A stretch of DNA of 62,546 bases, filler included, from Choristocarpus tenellus KU-1152 (Eukaryota; Protista; Phaeophyceae): assembly GCA_964200185.2 (NCBI GenBank). It is 11 parts of 11 records of this genome, joined end to end, with 100 filler letters (N's around TTAATTAATTAA, not from the genome) between each part and the next. Parts side by side here need not be neighbours in the genome. Positions count along the whole stretch, not along the records: positions 1 to 14,449 come from CAXNAD020001187.1; 10 more parts are not named here. One strand, given 5' to 3'. The notes under the pieces are model-generated. The model did no database searches and was not told where the DNA came from. It was given only the letters and a program-made list of their open reading frames with translations. The position numbers and the translations under genes are program-made. Shown piece by piece: positions 1 through 11,284 of the stretch (position 1 is its first letter; the number at the start of each line of letters is the position of its first letter).

Positions 1-3
1 GCT

Positions 4-82
4 GGCTCAAAGTATCTGGCGGCTGTCGCTTTGGGGCCAATTTTTCCATGTCACGGACCCCCCCCCCCAGATACTTTGGGTT
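4..82. mobile_element. MITE family A, internally deleted copy
   Basis: CAAAGTATCTGG...CCAGATACTTTG TIRs. Confidence 0.7.
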
Positions 83-1779
83 GGACTGTGTTAAGGTTTT
101 GCATCAAAAGAACACACACATGTTCACTCCTGCATGTGCTGACAGAGGTTCAATGGGGATTGTGCAACAGTGACATTTCTCCAATCTGGCACTCTATGCT
201 CACTATTTCCACTAATTTACTGTATGAGTAGGGTGGGCGTGCATCATGTTTAGCGAGTGGGAAAAATGGTATGTCCGACTGTGAGCGGCTTGCAGCAGGG
301 GGGGAAAGAGTATGGGTGAGCTACGATAGCTCCACTGAACTTCACAGGTCCAGAGTAAATCGAAGAGCAAATGTACTCGTATTTAGGAATCATTAATCTT
401 ACATATTGCAGGAGTGTATGTGGTGGATTCAGGTACCCTCGGTCTTCAATGCAATTCACCACACTCAAGGAAAAGCGAGTCCAATCTTCAAACATCCACC
501 CCATGAGTCCATGTACTTATCGACATCGACCATAAGGGAATATTGCAGTGGTCAAGATAACTCTATATATTCAGAGGCGCGGAGGCCAGCGACGTGAACC
601 TTGGACACTTGACAGTAGCAACCAACACAGTGAGCTGGCCGTAATACATTGGCAACTTCAACAGCGGCAAGCGATGCGCATCAATTCTGAAGCGAAGTAG
701 GCAATTGCCCGCAAAAATACAGGACGAGTTACAACGGTGCCACAGAATGAGAGAATTCAAAGCACGGCAAACCTAGTGTGTGGGACAGGAGAGATGGTCG
801 TCGATGGTGCGCATGGAGATTCTGAATCGCACTCCAAAGATAAGGGAGTTCAAACCCAACATTCTCTCGGATTTTTGCATCATCGTTTTGTTCTGGCAGA
901 TGTGTAGCGATAATGAGCCCATCTTACAAAAAAACTAACAAGACTGAATAGACGTCTCAAGGAAGGAAGTCAACATGAATCTCGTACCTCAACACTTCCA
1001 GTTGGTACACAGCAGACACAACAGATTCTCTTGGTGGTATCTCCTGAGATCACCATAACAAACAAAGCTACACATATGTGGGAAACGTTGCCTGCATAGA
1101 TTCCTCGTTCCTTGGAAAGGGTACCTTGTGTCATTCCTCACACAACAAAGTCAACGCCAAGTCCAAGCAAATCTACTTACGTGTGGGCAATAGACTCTCA
1201 ACAAATGAAATCCGTGGGAATGAAATATAGTGCGGCAATTGCCACCAATCCGGTTTCCCAAGCATCAGGTCGACCCCCTCCAAACTGCTTACAAACCGGT
1301 TTCGTCTGACTATCCTTCCTTGAAAACCCACTCACCAAATTCTGATAGAGTTTTTCGCTACATCCATCGCCCCCCATGGTAATGTCCGCAATTTCGCGCC
1401 TGAGAGCGAGATCCTCTCACTCTGCTTATCCAACAACCTGTAAACGATGTCCTTGAGTACTCAATGTGGTTGCTCTCTCTGAATTGTGAGTCCTTACTAA
1501 CATCCGACGGGGACTGTCAAATTCGTAGTATATATATAGAAAGGGTTCGGTCGGTAAGTCCGTTGATCATTGTTGTGAGAGAAGATGTACCCAAGTTAAC
1601 TCGCACAGTCAAGTTGACAGAGATACGACGCTGTAGTCAGTTGGTAGGTATATCGAATTGCAGTAAAACTTCCCTAGTGTGTTGTTTGTATCCTGCAGGC
1701 TTTATATTGGTAGTGCATCAAGCAGGGTACATAGGTTTGGTGCTCACTCAATGAAAGCTGTCCTTGGTTGCACCTAGAG

Positions 1780-4700
1780 ATGGCACAACAGTCCAACACT
1801 GCGGCTTGGCGAGGGCGCCAGTCAAGTCTGTCAATGGATTCACTGGCAGTAGATGACTTATCAATGGAGGATAAATTGGCGATATGGAAAGCAGCCAAGA
1901 GGGGGAAAGAGAACTCCTCTATACTAGTGAGTGGACTGGCTCCCAAACCCACGGTTTTCAGCACCAGATCTAGACCTCATTGCTGTACCCCTTTAACCTT
2001 CTCCCTCTGATTGTCTGAGTCCAGACATCGAAGGGTTGTGCAGCAGGAGTCAAAGGGAAAGGATCCACCTCCCCCAAGACAGAGGACTCCTCGCTGCGCC
2101 CCCCTCTTGTCCAGGCTTCACGAGGAGGAAAAACAACTAACACTTTGCGAGCCAGCTCAAATGCAAAGGTGAGCATAGCCGCCAGAAGCGACTCCCATGG
2201 AATTCGTAACTTTCTCAATTCCTCAAGAATCTATATGTCACTATGGTTGATCTTGGCTGTACCCCGTATAGGTGGTGCTGCCAAGGTTTTCTCAGCTCAG
2301 CTCTTCGGCTGAGGTAGGTAGGCGATTGCCAAGAGCATCATCTGTCTCAGCTGCAACACCTACTAGGGGTGGATCGAGTGGGGGAGTTCACCACCGTGCC
2401 CAATCGAATGATCCCGTGAGGGTTAGAAATAGCTCCCTTTCCGAACCAAGTGATTCCGCTAAACCACGAGGGAGGCCACCTCGCCAGGACTCCCCAGCTA
2501 ACAATACGCGTGGGGTGAAGCATCGTGGACGAGCTGCCGTTGGCTCGCCGGGCTACAATACTTGGGGAGGCACACTGCGCAAGTGAGTGCTGACGAAGTC
2601 CTTGAAGGACATGACTGTTGCTTCCCAAACCCCGCCACGTAAACAAAATGCAACTCCCTTCCGACCTAGTGTAGTCCCTTCCTCGCTTATTTATCAAGAT
2701 GCACAAGATATGCAAGACACACTCTGATCCTCGTATTGCCTACAACACCGCCATTTGTAACCCTACCCCAATCCTCTGTCTTGCCAGGAGATCTCCCTCC
2801 CCTGCCCTTACGACTGTGAGGAGCAGGAGACTCGTTTCCCCAGCCTCCACTGTTCAACGGAGGTCTCCGTCCCCAGCTTCTGCGGGAAGGAAAAGGTCAC
2901 CTTCCCCAGCAATTTCTGGCAAAAGAAGGTCTCCGTCACCTGCTGTATCAGATACGATGAGACCACCACCCTCCATGAGATGGGAACCACCTACTCCTGC
3001 CACAGGCAAGGATGACGTAGATTTGAAGGTCAACGACGTCCTGCCCCCATTGCAACAAAAGTCACGGCTACATCAACCTCAACAAGCTGCGGCATTGAAG
3101 GTTTCAGTCACACCTCCAGCTACAGATGGCAAAACAAGATGCACAGAGAGTCAATTAACAGCACAGCAGACATCTGCGGTCATCCCAACCGCAAAGGCAC
3201 AAATTAAGGACCAAAGCATTGATTCTATGCCAGTAGTACCTGCAGTGCACAAGGAAGAGGATCTCCCCATGCCTTGCCAGGTTGAGAGCAATAAACTTGA
3301 GCCATCAAGTCCTGTAGGTAACACTACTGTTTCGGAATCAACAAGTGGGCTTGGAGGGGGAGATGGATTAGAAGGGGAAGGGGAAGGGGATTGTGGAACA
3401 ACGGCTGATGGTTGTGTAGCTTTTGGAAAAGCTAGAAGCAGCAGCACTCTAGAAACCGATACAATAACAGTTGGCAGCATTTCTGCGATCATTACAACAA
3501 CAGCTTGGGATGAGTCCCTGGCACCTACTGAGCCCAGGACTGGTGATGCTTCCTCTGTGGGGAAAGACCAAGGGAGTAGGGCCACCCTGGGGATGGAGCA
3601 AACAGTCGATGGTGATCAAGGTGCAAGAGGGACATCATTGAGTCATGGCACATCTGACGTTGGTTCTGACTGCGATGGAGTTGCTGCTGTTACAGTCAAC
3701 TCATTGGACACCAGCACTTCCATTGAAGGTCATGAGAGCCCTGTGGACGTGGGAGTACGGTTCAAGAAGATAACAGTGAATACTGACAGTACTGTTCAGG
3801 CAGTGCCAAGCAAAATCATGGACAGTTTGCCAACAAGCGACAGTGGCACAATCAACAGTAACGTTGAAGTGGCCAGCATAAACAAGAGTCCTATCAGTGA
3901 GGTGACAGAGTCAACCTCTTTTGTAAAAATAAGGCCACACTGCCAATCAGGAGTGGAGGCTGGGATGGGACTGCTGCTACTGGCTCAGTCTTTACCCAGT
4001 TTAGAGGGTGTAGTTTCTGAGGAGAAAGGGTTGGTGCTGCTGGATGATAAGAGCCCTACAGACAACAGGGAGGCAAGAATAGTGGAAGGGGCTAGGGAGG
4101 ATGGTGTGGAATGGGGCAGTGGCAGTGGCAGTGGAATAGGTGTTGCAGGTCAAAGTTCGGACAGGGGTGTTAATATTGATGGAGGAGGAGTTACAGAAGA
4201 TGAGGCAGGTGCAATGGATGGTGGTGATTGTGCTGGCTTTGCTCATGTGCGTGGGAATTCGGGAGGGTTTGCAGATAAAGTTGACGACAGAGACAAGGAT
4301 GATGGAAAGTGTAATGAAAATCTCCCTCAGCCAGTGGCGAATGAAGCCAGGAATGATCAAGAAAGTTGTTGGTCTGATGCTAGGGGGCATAAGGAAAGCA
4401 ATGGTGCTGCCACCAGACAACTTCAGGGCAGTTGTGGCAGGTTTGATGCATAGTCTATCAGCTGAAGAGAGGGATATTGGGAGGAAGTCTCCATCTGCAA
4501 GCATATATTACAAAACTTGAAAGCATCTTCACTTGCTAGAACCCATGTTTTGTGTTTATCCTGATTCACGGTGATGCTTTGAAAAGTAGAGGATGTCATC
4601 ATGACATAGAGTGAGAATAGTTTCAGTCTCCAGGTTTTCCAGAAATGAATTGAAGTGTGCACAACAACACCATATCATCTGTGTGTGTTTGTGTTGTTCC

Positions 4701-7700
4701 TGATGGTTTCCAGGTGTTACACAGGCAGTGCTGCAAGTAACGTCGTCAAGGTCAAGGAGTGTAGTGAAGGGGTAGATAGCGAGGAGATGGAGGCAGAATG
4801 CAGCACTGTCAAATCAGGCAATGGTAGAAGGGACTGCAGTACTGATACTGGGTGTCCATTGGGCAGCACTCATGTGCAGGAGGAAGGCGAGGATAATGAA
4901 GTCGAAATGTACCAAGAATACTTTGTAGAAGGTGGAGGGATCTGCATCGATGAGGATCTGCTAAAGACTGGCAGTTCTGATGGAGACGGGAACTCGAGCA
5001 TTGGTAGAAGATCTACCCTTTCGGAGGGTATGTTGATGCTTCTGCGTTCAGATGGCCCCAGTACACCGCATGTGGTAAGCAAGTCCCTTTTTTTTTCAAA
5101 GACAACACTCCTGGTAGGTCTTCCGCATTTCAATGTATTTTTTTGAGGTGGTCAGTCGAGTGAAAGTACGGGTGTAGTGTGTGTAGGAGTATTGTGTTTC
5201 CCATTTTATAAGGGCTATGGGGGTGTACGTTTCCTCTTGCTTTCCTAGCATGGTGTAACTTACCTGTGATCTAGTGTTTTCTACCCTAAGATGTAGAAAC
5301 AAAGGCTGGTAGTACAGAATTAGAATTATGATAGCGAATGGTTTGGTGGCAAGAGTGATGTTGATTTATGTCAGGTGAGAGGGCTGTAAGCACTGCCAAT
5401 TGGGTTAGGCGTTCTTTGAAAGTTTTTGAATCGGGTTAGACTGATCTCAACATACAAGAGTCTCTTGTATAGTGGAGTATCGATGTCACATACTGTTTCC
5501 CTTTGCTTCCTTTCCCTTTTTGAGCAACAATGATACAAAACTGCAGAGTGACTGGAAATGGGAAAATAAACAATTACCGCATCATTCTACCTATGTACCC
5601 CCTGCATGACATGTCAAGGCTGAGAATGAGGTGGTACTCCAAAAGAGGACTGTTGAGACTCGTGATATCGGGATGCAAGCGGGCTATGGTCGGGTGCTGA
5701 CGGAAGAGGAATCCATCAGGGTGTACAACATGGAGGAGATGAGGGTAAGGGATGATTTTTGGCTTTGGGGCTTTTGATTTAGGACATTATTAGAGACCAA
5801 GTTGAGACTGAACATATCCCTAACCCTGAGCCTGTAAGTACTTTGTACACAATCGATTTTTTAGGGGTTTGAGTGATTTGGCTTGTTCTTGGCAGAGGGT
5901 TGTACCTCCAGGTAAACAGTGGACACTGTTCTATTTCAGTGAGTGGAAAAGGTGAAGAGAGTTCATTCACAGGGGGAGGAGAGGGGAGGGGGTGGGGGTG
6001 AAGTTTCATTATAGTTGTTTAATTGCACCCAAATCGACTGGCTAGAGTTGTGGCTCCTGGAGGTGCTGAGTTAGGCTGTTTCTGTAGATGGTGGGTCAAG
6101 AACTCTGCAAGTATCCTTAGGATTTGAGTGGTTCTTTGAAGAGCATAGCAGGAAGTCAGACGCTCAAACTTAAACTGTGTGGCGTTGATGGCTTTGTTGA
6201 GGTGTTAAGAGTAGTGCTAAGTGCTTGTTCCCAAACTGAGGTGTATGTGAATGCAGGCCCTCTTACAAAAAGCACATGGAACCCAGGCTCATACTTTTGT
6301 GTCAGACTGCAGTGGGGAGGGATTGGTGTGCACTTTATATTTTTCCTTTCCAGACAGGGAAACGTTTGTGTTCAAGGGGAAGCTATGAAGAACTCAGGGA
6401 CTTATAGTGACACTGTTGCACCCCCTTTTTACTAATTTGACCGCTGGTGTCATCACAATGTAGTGCAGTACCTGAAATGCTAGCATTGTGGTACTACAAA
6501 AAATGCTTAGTTTTAAGTTGAGACCATTCCTATAGAGAGTCCAATTGGTTGTTGGTGGTGAGGCAACAGAACTGTTCAAGGCACTCTCTTAGTTTCTATC
6601 TCCTACTTGCAAGGATTTTGTGTCCACTGTGACCTGCTCCACCCTTCTGCCAGCTTGTTCCAAGTGTTCGTACACTACCAAGGATTATGCTGGTTCACCG
6701 AGAAGAAGATGATGATGTAGAATGTGCTATATTAAGTTACAGCAAAGAGTGATGAGTCCTATCCATAAGGGCGGGGGTAGTTCCTAATCTCCATTATCAC
6801 GCTTTTACGCAATTCGGTAGATAACCAACTGAAACACTTCCTATTATGTTACTTCACTATATTCCAATGTCCCAATCCATCACTAATCTACCGTCCTACA
6901 CACATTATCTTGCTACATACATAGTTACTACTCCATGTATGCTAACAGTAATATTTAGTGTGTACAGTACTTCAAAGCATCTCCTTAGCAGAGGGTCATC
7001 AGGAGAGAGGACCAAGGGCTCACAAACAGCTATCTCATTCTTTAATTGGCAAAACCTGTTTGCAAGCCCATGTTCCAACTCTGTCCTCATTAGAGTAGTG
7101 GCCCTCATAGGTAAAGTCCGTCTCTCTAGTTCATATTCCTCTGGCAGTCCTCCCAGAATGGTCATGTTCAGTTCCTCATCGCTGACCATTTGCCCCAATC
7201 ATGTCAGCCTCTTACTCAATCGATGGGCCTTCAAGATGCATATGGATGTGGTTCCTCCCCAGGTCCAAGCCTAATGGACTGGAACTCCTCACGAACCCGA
7301 AGTCTCTCGTCTAAGGTACGTGGTTTGTAGTATTCACACGAGGCATCCATGACGGTTCTTGGTCCCTCGTGCTCCATCACAATCTCCAGTGCCATTCCCT
7401 TACAATCCATTTAGAAGGGAAATCCTTCCCCTGTTGTAGATATCTCAATCATCCGCCCTCCCTCGATCTGCTCCTTCTTGCGGATGGTCCAACTCCCTGC
7501 TGAACGCACGTCATGTCCTCCTGGTCCCCGGTATAAAAGTGCGAAAACGATTTTTCGAAGCAGTCCACTCTTTGGTCTCACCGTTGCACACGGGTACCTC
7601 CAATTTGTGCACTGGCCCCTGTTCTGCTGCAGGGGTTGTGATTGCACCTGCTGCTCCTGTTGTTCCGGCTGCCCTATAGTAGTCTGCCCTCCTTGCTGGG

Positions 7701-10700
7701 TCAACACATCTTCCACCGCCTTGAGTGTGGCTAAGGTCACACACTCCCCTAGCTGTGCCTTGACCCTCTCTGCTACTCTTGATTCAACGTCTGCCTCGAT
7801 TTCTGGCACCATGCTTTGGTCACCCCCTGAAGCCATGATGCCCCCAACTCTCCCTCCTGCTGCCTCCTTATATCGAGCAGTTCACGTAGTACCTTTTTGG
7901 TCCTTAGTGCACTGTATGGAAAATAGCTTGTTTTAACATGTGTTCGCATGCTACCAAAGAGTATTCTACTTCACCAAGAAGGAGATGATGTAGTGGGAGA
8001 GGGGCAGGATGCTACAGCAGGAAAGGAGCTGTCAAATCCCGTTTACGACAGATAGACTGGCTCTATCATTACACAAGTGGCTCTATCAAGACGTGTCATG
8101 TGTTTTAAGCTGAAGACACTAGGGAGATGGGCAAGGAGGGGCCTGTCAGATTCTTGGGATGCTTCCCTCGCTCCTTGCCTGAGGTTATAGGAGTGGAGTG
8201 GTACAGTGTAGCTGGTAGTAAAATAGTAAATAGATTGATGTCTTTCACATTTACGACAACTGTTACTTTCTTAGGGGTTCTGTTATTGAATTGACTTTTC
8301 ATTGGGTTTTTTTCTGACACATCCACAATATTTTCAAAGGGCATAATAATAAAAAGGTAGTATGTGCTTTATTAAGTTAGATCAAAGTATGAATTGTGTG
8401 ATTCTGTGGGGGGCGAGGTTCTCTCAGGCAAGGGTGGTGAAGAGAATCGCCAGGCAAGACGGACCAGACGGACAAAGACAAACCGTAACCGAGAGGATGA
8501 GGTTAAAGTTGGACAAGTACAAGACTGAAAAGACCAGGAAAAAGTGGGGAGCTGAGGAATGAGGAGGATCGTGATTCAGATGGGTTTCAGAGAAGAATTC
8601 CTTCAGAGATGGGAGATCCGCCTTCGGAATAACGTACTCATAAAGAGACATTGCAGGAAGACTCGGAAATCAATCATTCCGAATATCCTTCACACAATTG
8701 AACCGAAGTTCGCAGAAAACAACCTCGATTGGTATAATGGCATACGGCAATAACGGTATAACAATAGACAAACGTACTTTTCACAGAAGAGTAAGTTTTA
8801 TCCGTAAGGGGGGGGTAGTTCCTAATCTCCATAATCACGCTTTCACGCAATTTGGTAGATGACCAACTGAAACATTTCCTAGAATGTTGCTTCACTATGT
8901 TCCAATGTCCTGATCCATCACTAATCTACTGTTGTACACATATTATCTTGCTACGTACATTATTACTACTTCATGTATACTAATCGCAATATTTAGTGTG
9001 TACAGTACTTCAAAGCATCTCCTTGTGCGAACACCAAGCCAGTTCCTCCTTCTGCACGAGTTCATCTCAGGCATTTTGTTCGGTTTATAGTTGTGTGTTT
9101 CTGTGTGATACAGCGAAGTATGACTATATTGCAATTGGTCTGTAGTAGTTACCATAGTTGTCGGTAATTGCTGCTTCCTCTCATTTGACAGTTACAATAT
9201 TTTCAGTCTGTGTGCCTTTTTGTCAGGATAGGAATCCCCTGTACCTGCACAAATGATTGTAAGAACTTGTGGGATGTAAGTATTTCGTTTTTTTCTGCCC
9301 TACAGCTTATCACCAGAATAGGCTAGGGGTAAGTCTCTGGAGCACATACTTACACCTCCTGGTAATTCTGAAGCTGGTGGATGGAGGCTACTCCCTCTTC
9401 TACCCTGGTTAGCCTTTGTCCCTTTCATGGCAGCCGTGTGCTTGGGCTCATTGTTGGTGAAATGTTGGTGGTATAATTGGAGATGTAGTGTTGGGATTTG
9501 CTGACCAGGTAGAGTCGGGATTTATTAGCAGACAGTGGTAGGGTTAGGGTCAGAGTTGTAAATACAAACTATAGCATTTCAAAGTCATGATCTTCGGTGC
9601 CCCTTTGCCCTCTTTACCACGATACCTCATATATATGTACATACTAGTGCACTTAACACAATGCCTTGAATTACACTTCACAGTGCATGATTTGTGCAGT
9701 ACATGCATCACGTGTATGCTGTCCAATCTTGTAAGCAAGCTCTTGGTACGACAAATTATTTTTCCAGTTCATTTAAACTCTTTTCTCTTTTTTTGCTGCC
9801 ACACTTAGTATATATATACTGTTTTCTCGTGCCTCGTTTGCACAGGAACGGTTGCACATGTGCTCAGAGGACCTTGCCACTGGGGCATTCGCTCAGGAGG
9901 TGATGAAGCAACAGATTTGTCAGCTGTCAGGTGAAGTGCAAGAAGGGCAAAAAAGGCACAAGGCAGAGATGGCTAAGCTCCGCTGGGCTCACGCCGATGA
10001 GGCAAGTGATCCTCAAACCCAAATCGGTTCACGTTTAGGAGTGTTTCTCCTCATTGCGACAGTGGTCCGTTGCTGAATTATCCCAATGCTCTCTCAGGAG
10101 TGAGAGTGTCATTGTGTACATTGCCTGCTTGGGTCAGCTGATAATGCCTACCTGTTTTCTTCTGTTGAGAGGGGGAAGGGGAGGTTTCAGCAGCCCCTTA
10201 AGTGTGTATGTATCACAATTGTGCGGGCTATTTTGTGTGACTACATGCTGCTGAGTTGATAGCTGTGTGCCTATTCCTTTTCCGCTCACTCAGTCCCTTT
10301 TTTCTTGTTGTAGATAGCAGAATGGCGTGTTTATTATTGTTCTCGTCCCCCTTCCCCCTCGTTGCCCTACTCGATTTTTTTTCTGTCTGTTGAGTAGATT
10401 GCTCGTATGGAGGCGGAGTCTGAGAATGATGGCGATACGATGGTGCGAGTCACTGTAGAAATGAGGGAGAACTTTATGGCCAAGTAAGTAATAGGTACTC
10501 TCTCAACAGGAAAGAGGGCAAGGGCAGGCTGGGGGGTGGGGGGGGGGAGAGGTAGTGTGACAGTCATGTGGTTCGAGTTGGTTGGGAACAGACCCAATAG
10601 TGACTCACTGATTTGTGCCAGGCGATATGACAGTGGGCTCTTGCAATGTTTAGAATGTACACATTGTTTTGCTAGAAGTGTAAGTAGGTTTGGTGCTCTC

Positions 10701-11284
10701 TGGTAGATGAGTGCTGTGTTGTGTTGTGTTGTTGTGACCAAGGCCATGTTAACTATGCTGGGTGCTGACATTTGTCTACTCTCCATTGGATGTAATTAAT
10801 ACTTGGAAGAATAACTTGCATCAGTAAAAAAATTATGTTGTGTATTATTTTTCTTGTTAATGAGTTTATTGTGTCTTACTGCCAAGTTTGTACTTCTTGA
10901 AAGAGTTTCTTGGGGTTGATGTTTTGGTGCTCCTCTTGTTTTAGCACTAGATGCATCCTGTAGGTCAGTAATGGTTTCCCTGCTCTGTGAATGGAAGTGC
11001 TGAGTTGTCAGACACGTGAACACTCTTTCCTGTGAGTAGATTGGGTTCTCTCCAATATCCATTTTTTATTTATTGTACGACAAAGACAGTCTTCACAGCA
11101 ATACGCAAACATGCACACTCCATATGCTCGCCTCCTTAGGATAAAAAAACTGGAGAAAAGGTGTGAGACAGAGCGGAAAATGTTTGAGGTTGAGCGCAAG
11201 GCAAGACTTGAAGCAGAGGCAACCCTTTGTCATCTACGTGAGAGAATGCGAAAAGAGGTCAAGGGGAGTGAAGAACAAGACTGA
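1780..11284 (+). CDS. Complete 9-exon gene, ~1,042-aa largely disordered protein with RSPSP repeats and a C-terminal coiled coil; function unknown
   Basis: Hand-spliced exons 1780-1926, 2025-2168, 2272-2582, 2788-4440, 4714-5074, 5619-5744, 9846-10001, 10398-10483, 11140-11284 total 3129 nt and are phase-consistent from ATG to TGA. Donors are GT except one GC (10002); all acceptors are AG. C-terminal exons are heptad-like (AQEVMKQQICQLSGEVQ...IKKLEKRCETERKMFEVERKARLEAE). Confidence 0.75.
6656..8098 (-). mobile_element. Decayed Copia LTR retrotransposon (gag remnant and LTR-like ends) in intron 6 of gene 1
   Basis: Minus-strand gag with stops and frameshifts at ~6990-7836, containing Copia-gag-like VSDEELNMTILGGLPEEYE. 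Segments 6656-6720 and 7929-7993 are diverged direct copies starting with TG. Confidence 0.65.
6768..6985. mobile_element. ~220-bp MITE-like repeat (family F), copy 1
   Basis: Aligns end to end with 8807-9023. TA on both flanks (TA|AGGG...CTCCT|TA). Truncates the Copia gag frame. Confidence 0.6.
8388..8785 (-). mobile_element. Gypsy-family solo LTR
   Basis: Homologous to 60182-60587 and to the LTR at 54087. Ends TATGAA...TTCACA; flanks AAAG/GAAG. Confidence 0.7.
8807..9023. mobile_element. ~220-bp MITE-like repeat (family F), copy 2
   Basis: Direct diverged copy of 6768-6985. Confidence 0.6.

Noticed and set aside
400-1440. Possible divergent minus-strand gene upstream of gene 1
   Set aside because: Several AG/GT-bounded segments exist, but I could not join them into a stop-free frame or recognise a domain.
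2699-4453. 584-aa ORF as a stand-alone gene
   Set aside because: It is exon 4 of gene 1 plus intron read-through on both sides.
4140-4520. ORF with a transmembrane-looking stretch
   Set aside because: Alternative frame of the Gly/Asp-rich exon, with no independent support.
6768-9023. The two 220-bp direct repeats as LTRs of the Copia element
   Set aside because: No TG...CA ends and no adjacent PBS or PPT. One copy cuts the gag frame and has TA flanks.
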